Position numbers and translations under genes: made by a program. Of a DNA stretch of 64,000 nucleotides, positions 56,452 through 64,000 are shown in pieces. Within the stretch, counting starts at the first letter, position 1; each line of letters opens with the position of its first letter. The notes under the pieces are model-generated. The model ran no database searches and had not been told where the DNA came from. It saw only the letters and a program-made list of their open reading frames with translations. Origin of the DNA: Deltaproteobacteria bacterium RIFCSPHIGHO2_01_FULL_43_49 (GTDB taxonomy: Bacteria; UBA10199; SPLOWO2-01-44-7); contig MGRG01000006.1 in assembly GCA_001798075.1 (NCBI GenBank), positions 11,431 to 75,430 on the forward strand. The letters run 5' to 3'.

Positions 56452-57003
56452 TCAAAGAGTTGCGTCGATTTGATTCCATTCTTTTTCAAGCCTTAAGCGC
56501 CCAACCCATTCTTGAATGTATTTTTTGTCAATTTTGTCCTGCTGGATTTCCAGAATACCTTGAATATCATTCAGGTGTTTGTCACTTTCACTCTCCTGAT
56601 ACCATTTTAGTTTGATAATGATGAGGTCTTCAACCGTTGTGATGAATGTATCCAGACCAAACAGGCTAACCGTTTTCTTTCTTTTGAAGCGCGCTTGATC
56701 AAAAGCATCGTTTTGTAGTATCCAAAAATCCACTTTTGTATTGGTCTCAAAATGGATCAAGTTGAACATTGTTTGGTGCTTGAGTGCGTCTTGGATCCCC
56801 TCTTCGCTGATATAAAACTGTTTTTGAAATTTCTCGATCAAAGGCTTCACAGCTTTTTGTGAAAGGGAGATTTTAAAGTCAATATCATGTGTGGCTCTAG
56901 GTTTGCCATAATAGCTGACAGCAAAAGAGCCAATCAAAAAATAGGGGACTTTTGAATTATTGAGTTGCTCGACGACAAATTTGAGAACTGATGTCTGATC
57001 CAT
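56452..57003 (-). CDS. Nucleotidyltransferase, putative toxin
   Basis: IGSFAVSYYGKPRATHDIDF, EDLIIIKL, KHLNDI. Confidence 0.8.
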   Translation of the reverse strand: MDQTSVLKFVVEQLNNSKVPYFLIGSFAVSYYGKPRATHDIDFKISLSQKAVKPLIEKFQKQFYISEEGIQDALKHQTMFNLIHFETNTKVDFWILQNDAFDQARFKRKKTVSLFGLDTFITTVEDLIIIKLKWYQESESDKHLNDIQGILEIQQDKIDKKYIQEWVGRLRLEKEWNQIDATL

Positions 57004-57184
57004 AAAGGCGCCTTAGCAGTTCCCTTTGGATTTGGGAAGAACTCCATTCGGGGTGTTCATTTGCAATCGCTGTTTTTGCAATTTGCAATACTGTTGAGGA
57101 GAGATCAGCAGCTATTTTAAGACGTTGCTCCCCACTCATCTCTCGAAGGCGTTGAAGGTATACTTTGGACTCTGTTTTTCCCAT
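56957..57184 (-). CDS. Rv0078B-like small antitoxin
   Basis: LREMSGEQRLKIA...IANEHPEWS..QIQRELLRRLYG; overlaps the start of the nucleotidyltransferase gene. Confidence 0.7.
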   Translation of the reverse strand: MGKTESKVYLQRLREMSGEQRLKIAADLSSTVLQIAKTAIANEHPEWSSSQIQRELLRRLYGSDISSQICRRATQ

Positions 57185-57292
57185 TAATTGCATTATTCTA
57201 AATTATTACATTAATGTCAAAGAGTTGCTTTGATGAGCACTTCCGTTAGGTATGCGATACCTAACGTTAATACTATCGACCATAGATGAAAA

Positions 57293-58342
57293 TTATACCC
57301 TTTGTTGTTTCAAACGGTTTCTAATTTTTTTCCTAAAGAAGTCTTCTGCATTTTTGTTTTCTCCCATTTTAACAACTTCAATGGGAATTTGAGATGATTT
57401 TTGGAACCATCCGCCACGGGACCAAAGTATTTCAAACTCAGATACTAAAGAAGCTAACCTTGCCGAGAAATATGCTTCATCGCCATAAGAAGAGAGGTTT
57501 TCAATATCAGCAGAAGGGTCTTTTAAAAACTCATTAATAGCAGCTTGTGCCCCTTTTGTCCTCTGCTCACACTTTTCTTTTGTCGGTCTTCCAATTTGAA
57601 GCCAAGAGTAAAAAATACAAAGATAATCTCTTCTCGGTTGTGGTATCCCAGGAACCATGAAGAAATGGGTCTGTTTGCCATTTGCCTTGCGACCCTTAAG
57701 TCGGATCATTCCTGTGCCGTTTGGAAAGCGAAGATCGACATAATGCCTTTGGGATAAAAAGTCGACCCCTACATCAAAAGAATCAAGCTCGGGAAAGGCA
57801 ACAAAGGAACCAAATAACGTTCTATAGATTGTGCGTCTTGAAGCAAAAGGGCCTGGGCCTGGAATGAGTGTTTGTGTCCGAGCTATCGTTTCCATATTTT
57901 TTTCGTCTGTATAATGTCTGAAAACAGTATCACCAGAGAGGATGATAGTATTAGATGGGTCTGTTTGCAAAAGAGGTGTTTTTTCTCCAATGATAACAAG
58001 TCGGGCGGAATCGGGTACGCCTTCATAAATTCTGCGATTCTCCCACCTTTTTGAAGAGGTTTTTACTTTTTTTAGCTGATCCAAAGGTCTTCGTTGATTT
58101 GCCAAAGAGCGAGCATAAAGGAGAGTGGAGGCTACTTCGTCGGTCGTGCGGTGAGAATCTTGAAATAATCTAGAGAGTTTTGAAGCAGGTACGTTGAACT
58201 TTGCAGGCAAAACTTCGTTTGGTGCCCAAGACTCAGGTAACTCTAAATAAACTGTTTCAGCTGCTCCGGCGGTTGCATTTATCGAGGCAACTCTCCCTAC
58301 TACAGGGGGTAAAGCAGCTAATGTTATATTGGCTCCCACCAT
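57293..58342 (-). CDS. Hypothetical protein
   Basis: Long ORF; ATG 58342 has a GAGG RBS; hairpin cgttaggtat/atacctaacg at 57244-57266 downstream. Confidence 0.65.
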   Translation of the reverse strand: MVGANITLAALPPVVGRVASINATAGAAETVYLELPESWAPNEVLPAKFNVPASKLSRLFQDSHRTTDEVASTLLYARSLANQRRPLDQLKKVKTSSKRWENRRIYEGVPDSARLVIIGEKTPLLQTDPSNTIILSGDTVFRHYTDEKNMETIARTQTLIPGPGPFASRRTIYRTLFGSFVAFPELDSFDVGVDFLSQRHYVDLRFPNGTGMIRLKGRKANGKQTHFFMVPGIPQPRRDYLCIFYSWLQIGRPTKEKCEQRTKGAQAAINEFLKDPSADIENLSSYGDEAYFSARLASLVSEFEILWSRGGWFQKSSQIPIEVVKMGENKNAEDFFRKKIRNRLKQQRV

Positions 58343-58511
58343 ATAAAACCTCATTATTATTATCGGCAATTTCTGTCAAAAGGTTGCTTGTTAATTTCAA
58401 AAAACCATAACCATATGAAATTAAAAAGGAATTTAGCCTTATTACCCTATGGTAAATGTACCACTTAGTACCGAGTAATAATTGGTACTTTAACATTTTT
58501 ATTTAGATGAT

Positions 58512-58572
58512 GGGTGGGAGGCGAGGGGCTGTTAGCCTTTAGGCGTGCAAACCCAAGCCGAGCAGGACCCAC
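58512..58572. repeat. GGGTG...CAGGACCC family element after pntB
   Basis: gggtgggaggc-gaggggctgttagcc..ggcgtgcaaaccc-aagccgagcaggaccc. Confidence 0.65.
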
Positions 58573-58582
58573 CACCAACAGT

Positions 58583-59947
58583 TTAAAGTTTCTTTAAAGA
58601 TTGGACCAGTTTGTTGGCGATGTCTTGGGCGTCTCCATAGAGCATGCGGGTGTTGTCATCAAAAAAGAGTTCGTTTTCTACACCAGCAAATCCTTTTCCT
58701 TTGCCTCTCTTGATCACCAAAACGTTTGTGGAGCGATCGACATCCAAAATCGGCATGCCGTAGATAGGGCTTGAAGTATTCGTGCGCGCTGCAGGATTGA
58801 CAACGTCATTGGCGCCAATCACCAAACTCACGTTGGTGTTGGGAAATTCTGGATTGATCTCTTCCAGATCGAACAATTTTTCATAAGGAACACCCGCTTC
58901 TGCCAGCAAAACATTCATGTGCCCTGGCATCCGACCGGCCACCGGATGGACCGCAAATTTAACTGTGACTCCACGCTTGTCCAAAACATCCATCAGTTCA
59001 CGGACTTTGTGTTGGGCTTGAGCCACCGCCATTCCATAGCCCGGCACAATCACTACTTTGTCGGCATAAGCGAGTAAAATCGCTGCATCGTCGAGTTCAA
59101 TCGGTTTTAGACTTCCCATCGCACAACGTTCAGAACCGATTTCTTCTTTTCCAAAGGCCCCAAACAAAATGTTTTTGAGTGAGCGATTCATTGCCCTTGC
59201 CATCATTAAGGTAAGAAGTGTACCAGCAGCCCCGACAACCGTTCCCGCAATAATCATCGCGGCGTTTTCCATCGCGAAGCCTTCGAAGCCGACAGCCAGA
59301 CCGGTCAAAGCATTGTAGAGTGAAATCACAACCGGCATGTCTCCACCACCGATGGGAAGTGTCATCATCACACCAAAAAGGAGGCTGGCTACAAAAAAGA
59401 GGGGAAGCATCCAAGGAATATGAGCGGAAAGAAGAGCACCCCCACAGCCAACAGCGGCAACAAAAATGATTAAGTTTAGAATTTTTTGTAGCGGAAAGGT
59501 AATGGGCCTATCTCGTATCAAGCCTTGAAGTTTGCCAAAGGCAATCACACTTCCAGAAAAGGCAATCGAACCAATCAACCCACCAACAATGGCTAAAATG
59601 ACCAAACCAATGTTGGGGAGAGTTCCACGAAACAATTCTAACGCAGCAATCGCCGCTGCCGCACCACCCCCCATGCCATTATAGATCGCAATCATCTGAG
59701 GCATGTCGGTCATCGCCACTTTTTTTGCGGCGACCCAGGCTATAATACTGCCAACCACAACAGCAATGATCATCAAAGAATAGTTGTGAAGTCCTGGCCA
59801 AAAGAAGGTCACAACAACGGCAAGGAGCATGGCCCAGCCGGCCCAAATAATTCCACTGCGAGCCGTCACCGGAGAGCTCATTCGTTTGAGCCCTATGATA
59901 AACAAGAAGGCGGTAAGAAAATAAGCGATGTGAATGACCTGTTCCAT
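58583..59947 (-). CDS. pntB: NAD(P) transhydrogenase beta subunit
   Basis: MTDMPQMIA, GGGDMPVVIS, PGYGMAVAQAQ, HPVAGRMPGHMNV. Confidence 0.97.
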   Translation of the reverse strand: MEQVIHIAYFLTAFLFIIGLKRMSSPVTARSGIIWAGWAMLLAVVVTFFWPGLHNYSLMIIAVVVGSIIAWVAAKKVAMTDMPQMIAIYNGMGGGAAAAIAALELFRGTLPNIGLVILAIVGGLIGSIAFSGSVIAFGKLQGLIRDRPITFPLQKILNLIIFVAAVGCGGALLSAHIPWMLPLFFVASLLFGVMMTLPIGGGDMPVVISLYNALTGLAVGFEGFAMENAAMIIAGTVVGAAGTLLTLMMARAMNRSLKNILFGAFGKEEIGSERCAMGSLKPIELDDAAILLAYADKVVIVPGYGMAVAQAQHKVRELMDVLDKRGVTVKFAVHPVAGRMPGHMNVLLAEAGVPYEKLFDLEEINPEFPNTNVSLVIGANDVVNPAARTNTSSPIYGMPILDVDRSTNVLVIKRGKGKGFAGVENELFFDDNTRMLYGDAQDIANKLVQSLKKL

Positions 59948-60259
59948 TTAACTTTGTTTTTCTGCCCCACGTGGGGCTTTTTTCTTTTCAAACATCTCCA
60001 ACATTCTTTCCGTTACGGCGTAACCACCCGCTGCATTAATCGCCCCCAACAACACACCGATAAAACCAATGGTTTGTTCGAGCGGAGTTTGTGCATGACC
60101 TAGCGCCACCATTGCCCCCACCACGACAATGCCGTGAACAAAATTGGAGCCAGACATGAGTGGTGTGTGCAAAATGACTGGTACCTTGCAGATGACTTCA
60201 TAGCCGGTAAAAGCGGCCAGTAACAAAATATAGAGGGCTGACATCAAACCTTCCGTCAT
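59948..60259 (-). CDS. pntA: NAD(P) transhydrogenase alpha subunit part 2
   Basis: LHTPLMSGSNFVHG and GGYAVTERMLEMF; ATGA overlap at 60259. Confidence 0.95.
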   Translation of the reverse strand: MTEGLMSALYILLLAAFTGYEVICKVPVILHTPLMSGSNFVHGIVVVGAMVALGHAQTPLEQTIGFIGVLLGAINAAGGYAVTERMLEMFEKKKAPRGAEKQS

Positions 60260-61353
60260 TTTGGACCTCCCGTCAGACAAGATTTTGAAACAATTTCATC
60301 TTTCCAGTCGAATTCCAGTGTCTTTCCATTTTGGGTAAGGAAGGTTAGAAAGTTATATAGATTTTTAGAATACATTTCGCTTGCGTGAATGGGCAACATG
60401 CTCAATAAATTGAGCGGTCCATAAATAATGACACCATTTTTTTCTATCACCTCGCCTGCTTTCGTTAGGGCACAGTTGCCTCCGCCTTCTGCAGCCATGT
60501 CGATAATGACAGAGCCCGTTTTCATTTTATAAACCATTTCTTCTGTCACCAACAGAGGGGCTTTTTTCCCAGGAATTTGCGCGGTTGTGATGACGACATC
60601 AGCACTCCCGACATGTTTAGAAACCATTTCTGTTTCTTTCTTTTTTTCCTCTTCGGTTAATTCTCTGGCATAACCTCCCTGTGTTTCAGCATCGATGGGA
60701 ATTTCCAAAAACTTGGCGCCGAGAGATTCCACCTGTTCTTTAACAGCACGTCTCACATCATAGGCCTCCACAACCGCTCCCAAGCGGCGTGCGGTGGCGA
60801 TTGCTTGCAAGCCTGCAACTCCAGCTCCCAAGATCAAGGCACGCACCGGTCTGATAGTGCCGGCTGCGGTGGTGAGCATTGGAAAAAAGCGTCCAGAAAG
60901 ATTGGCTGCGAGGAGAGCGGCTTTGTAACCGGCAACGGTTGATTGAGAAGACAAAGCATCCATCGATTGGGCCCTGGTCACGCGAGGAAGAAGCTCCATG
61001 CCAAAAGAGATAATTTTTCTCTCTTTCATTTTAGAAACAAGCTGGGCATTTTTGTGTGGTGCCATGAAGCCGATGACAACGCTTCCTCCTTGGAGTTCGT
61101 TGATTTGCTCTTCGAGCGGGGGTTGGACAGTGAGAAGAACTTGCGCATTGCGAAGCAGCCCCTTTGCGTCAGACTCAATTTTCACACCGACTTTTTCATA
61201 TTCGGAATCTGGAAAATAACTTGTTAACCCTGCCTTGGTTTCCAAATGAACTTCAAAACCGAGTTTGACAAAACGGTTGGCCACTTCGGGAACAAGGGCA
61301 ACCCTTCGTTCTCCCTCCGCTTTTTCTTTCGGGACTCCTAAACGAATTGTCAT
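60256..61353 (-). CDS. pntA: NAD(P) transhydrogenase alpha subunit part 1
   Basis: GVPKE..ERRVA, RAQSMDALSS, GAGVAGLQA, GGYA. Confidence 0.96.
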   Translation of the reverse strand: MTIRLGVPKEKAEGERRVALVPEVANRFVKLGFEVHLETKAGLTSYFPDSEYEKVGVKIESDAKGLLRNAQVLLTVQPPLEEQINELQGGSVVIGFMAPHKNAQLVSKMKERKIISFGMELLPRVTRAQSMDALSSQSTVAGYKAALLAANLSGRFFPMLTTAAGTIRPVRALILGAGVAGLQAIATARRLGAVVEAYDVRRAVKEQVESLGAKFLEIPIDAETQGGYARELTEEEKKKETEMVSKHVGSADVVITTAQIPGKKAPLLVTEEMVYKMKTGSVIIDMAAEGGGNCALTKAGEVIEKNGVIIYGPLNLLSMLPIHASEMYSKNLYNFLTFLTQNGKTLEFDWKDEIVSKSCLTGGPK

Positions 61354-61484
61354 GGCGGGTGGCTGTATACAGATTTGACAAATCAGAATCCACTATAAAA
61401 AAGAGGGGTTGGAGGGACTTAGACCCCGTAGCTCCAACTCGTTACTTGCGCATTAAATAAAGCTTTGTTAAAGGCCGCGAGACC

Positions 61485-62402
61485 ATGACGTCACAAGAAA
61501 TTCAGGAACTGCGAAACAAGTATTATAATGCGACGTTGACGGAGCTTTTTGAGGTGCAAAAAGCCCTTTGGATCTTTAGGGTTAAGCCGGATAAAGGTCT
61601 CATACCCTTCAAGCCTGGACAATATACTACCCTGGGTCTGGGCATTTGGGAAAAGTGTGTTGAGGGAAACGGTCCAGAAACAATAAAACCAGGCCAAGAA
61701 AAGCAACTTCTTCGAAGGGCCTATTCGGTTTCACACCCTGTCTTGGATAAAGAAGGAAAATTATTTTCTCCAGAAAAAATCGATTTTTATGAATTTTACG
61801 TGACCCTTGTGGTGAATGCTTCCAAAATACCGACTCCCCCCAGACTCACCCCGCGTGTTTTTGGACTAAAAAAAGGAGACAGGCTTAGCTTTGGTCCCAA
61901 AATGACAGGCCATTACAATCTAAACGGTTTGAAAAATACCGATCAGGTCGTCTTTTTTTCAACCGGCACAGGGGAGGCACCCCATAATGCCATGATTTGG
62001 GAGCTGTTAACTAAAGGTCACAAGAACCCAATTGTTTCTTGTGTTTGTACACGCTATCGCGCTGATCAGGCTTATCGCTCTTTGCATGAAAAACTGGAAA
62101 AACAGTTTAACAATTACAAAGTTATTTATTTAGCAACCCGCGAAAAAGAGGAGCCAAAGATGTATTGCCAGGATTTAGTTGTCTCGGGTGAGCTTGAGAA
62201 AAGAACCGGTGTGAAACTCGATGCCGCAAAAACCCATGTTTACTTGTGTGGCAACCCATCGATGATTGGAAGGCCAGAGGTAAAAGATGGGCAAAAGATT
62301 TATCCAAAGCCGGCAGGGATTATCGAAATTTTAGAAAAATCTGGATTCACAATGGCTAGCCCCACACAAAAAGGAAACATTCATTTTGAGGCCTATTGGT
62401 AG
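61485..62402 (+). CDS. fpr: Ferredoxin/flavodoxin-NADP+ reductase
   Basis: FKPGQY, RRAYS, TGTGEAP, YLCGNPSMI, C-terminal EAYW. Confidence 0.88.
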   Translation: MTSQEIQELRNKYYNATLTELFEVQKALWIFRVKPDKGLIPFKPGQYTTLGLGIWEKCVEGNGPETIKPGQEKQLLRRAYSVSHPVLDKEGKLFSPEKIDFYEFYVTLVVNASKIPTPPRLTPRVFGLKKGDRLSFGPKMTGHYNLNGLKNTDQVVFFSTGTGEAPHNAMIWELLTKGHKNPIVSCVCTRYRADQAYRSLHEKLEKQFNNYKVIYLATREKEEPKMYCQDLVVSGELEKRTGVKLDAAKTHVYLCGNPSMIGRPEVKDGQKIYPKPAGIIEILEKSGFTMASPTQKGNIHFEAYW

Positions 62403-62404
62403 AA

Positions 62405-62444
62405 AACAAAAGGTGCCAAGAGTATACTCCTGGCACCTTTTGTT
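62405..62444. terminator. REP-derived hairpin between convergent genes (bidirectional terminator-like)
   Basis: aacaaaaggtgcca...tggcaccttttgtt. Confidence 0.65.
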
Positions 62445-62757
62445 AGAAAGTCTTCAGGAATTTTTCGAGGCTTTTAAATCCTTTTGATTCAGATTTGTTA
62501 AATTGAACGGCGACTCTTTGACCGATTGCTTTGTGAAATCTTAAAATCTGGCCGCTTAAAGCGACATCCCGAAATTTTTCGGAAAGATCAACCACCACTT
62601 CACACGGTCCCTCTATAATTTCGGCATTGAAGTCGGCTAAGAGACAGATGCCACCTTTGCTGACATTTAAAGTGGCGGCGGGGATTAACTTCCCTTGGGA
62701 GCGCAACGTGGCAGGCAATTCCATTTCATATCTTGGATAGACGCGCTTTTCCTTCAC
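62443..62757 (-). CDS. PilZ domain protein
   Basis: EKRVYPRY (RxxxR) and NVSKGG (D/NxSxxG). Confidence 0.88.
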   Translation of the reverse strand: MKEKRVYPRYEMELPATLRSQGKLIPAATLNVSKGGICLLADFNAEIIEGPCEVVVDLSEKFRDVALSGQILRFHKAIGQRVAVQFNKSESKGFKSLEKFLKTF

Positions 62758-62846
62758 TCATCCCTCCCTGTCCCTGTGGATATCTTTAACTCAATTAGGG
62801 TATCGGCCGCCAGCAAAAAAAGTTGCTTAAGAATTAAAAAAAAGTT

Positions 62847-62920
62847 GTGGTGGGTCCTGCCCCTACGGGCTGCACGCCCTCCCCACAGATCGGGCTGACA
62901 GCCCTCCGGGCCACCCACAT
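62847..62920. repeat. GGGTG...CAGGACCC family element
   Basis: Reverse complement closely matches 26872-26938. Confidence 0.8.
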
Positions 62921-62976
62921 CATAATATTAACTTTATTAAGTGACTGATTTTAGTAAATTTAATAACATTCCCCCC

Positions 62977-63990
62977 ATGAAAATCGGGGTCATAGGTGCT
63001 GGCAGTTGGGGAACGGCGCTGGCGAGTCTGTTAGTTGAGGGCAAAGACAGTGTTGTCTTATGGGCTTTTGAGGGTGAGGTGGCCACGTCCATCAACCAAA
63101 ACCACCGCAATTCCTTATATTTAGCGGAAGCACCCCTTCCTAAAAATCTTAAGGCCTCCTCTGTGTTAAAAGAGGTGGTAGAGGGGAGCTCTGTTTTGGT
63201 CAATGTCGTTCCTTCTCATTTAGCCCGAGGCGTTTGGGAAAGAGCCGCCCCCTTTGTTGACCCCGATGCCTTGATTGTGAATGCCTCCAAGGGATTTGAG
63301 TTTTCAACCGGAAAACGTCTCTCAGAGGTTTTGACGGCGGTATTGCCAACAATTCCCAAGGGCCATTTTGTAACGTTATCCGGCCCCACTTTTGCCAAAG
63401 AGGTGTTACACCATCAACCGAGTACGGCGGTGATCGCCGGCATTGATAACAAGGTGATGGAAACAATCCAAAAATTATTTCGAAGAGACTGGTTTTTGAC
63501 CTATTTGAATCATGATGTGGTTGGAGTGGAAGTCGGTGGGGCTGTCAAAAATGTGATCGCCATTGCCGCGGGAATTTGTGAGGGGATGGGGCTTGGACTG
63601 AACACGCGCGCTGCCCTGATCACCCGTGGTCTTTATGAAATGGCCAAATTGGGAAAGGCATTGGGTGCTAATGTTGTCACCTTTGCCGGTCTTTCTGGAA
63701 TTGGAGATTTGATTTTAACTTGTACTGGAGAACTCTCTCGTAATCGTTCGGTTGGCTTGAGGCTGGGAAAAGGAGAAAAATTAGACACCATTTTGAAAGA
63801 GACAAAATCGATCGCGGAAGGAATCAAGTCGGCCAAAGTTGTTTATGAATTGATTCAAAAACACAAAATCAATAATCCAGTTTGTGTGGAAATCTATCGA
63901 ATGCTTTATGAATCAAAATTGTCTACCCAAGCCTTGAAGGATCTGCTAGCACTCAATTTGAAAGAAGAAATGGGAGGACTTTTAAAATGA
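62977..63990 (+). CDS. gpsA: NAD(P)H-dependent glycerol-3-phosphate dehydrogenase
   Basis: GAGSWGTALA, SKGFE, SGPTFA, GGAVKNVIAIA, GDLILTC, SRN. Confidence 0.96.
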   Translation: MKIGVIGAGSWGTALASLLVEGKDSVVLWAFEGEVATSINQNHRNSLYLAEAPLPKNLKASSVLKEVVEGSSVLVNVVPSHLARGVWERAAPFVDPDALIVNASKGFEFSTGKRLSEVLTAVLPTIPKGHFVTLSGPTFAKEVLHHQPSTAVIAGIDNKVMETIQKLFRRDWFLTYLNHDVVGVEVGGAVKNVIAIAAGICEGMGLGLNTRAALITRGLYEMAKLGKALGANVVTFAGLSGIGDLILTCTGELSRNRSVGLRLGKGEKLDTILKETKSIAEGIKSAKVVYELIQKHKINNPVCVEIYRMLYESKLSTQALKDLLALNLKEEMGGLLK

Positions 63991-64000
63991 AAACTTTGAA

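Noticed and set aside
797-63836. Numerous 60-160-aa antisense or nested ORFs in the track (e.g. 797-1225, 17971-18408, 32134-32496, 46979-47464, 53229-53465)
   Set aside because: They shadow well-supported genes or repeats and have no motifs or RBS.

Overview
Bacterial chromosomal window from a Gram-negative organism that looks deltaproteobacterial (an inference from gene content only). The first ~26 kb is one large accessory locus with three parts. (1) An unannotated 56-aa RiPP precursor (17706-17876, minus strand; YxPPxL leader, 3 Cys, C-terminal Ser) lies inside an operon encoding a SPASM radical SAM enzyme, two stand-alone PqqD/RRE proteins, a UPF0489 peptide-arginase-like/TPR protein, two B12-binding radical SAM enzymes and an HPr-kinase-like protein. 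(2) A convergent operon encodes an S24/S26 peptidase, an ABC-2 exporter, six tandem GT-C-like membrane proteins and four tandem SGNH hydrolases, one of them split at a G10 tract. (3) An NTP_transf_5 nucleotidyltransferase, a GT2 and two VanZ-like genes flank these operons. The rest of the window holds tandem ExeA-like ATPases, a REP-flanked Y1 (RAYT) transposase, a porin/PhnD/kinase/regulator module, three tRNAs (Val-CAC, Ala-CGC, Ser-TGA), two nucleotidyltransferase toxin-antitoxin pairs, three tandem M20 peptidases and housekeeping genes (pyrF, gshB, mrcB, pduO, cutA, ahpC, pntAB, gpsA). Several families of palindromic repeats occur, some in frame inside genes, as does a recurring sigma28-like promoter motif. 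No CRISPR array or rRNA was seen. All family calls come from motif recognition by eye, not database searches.
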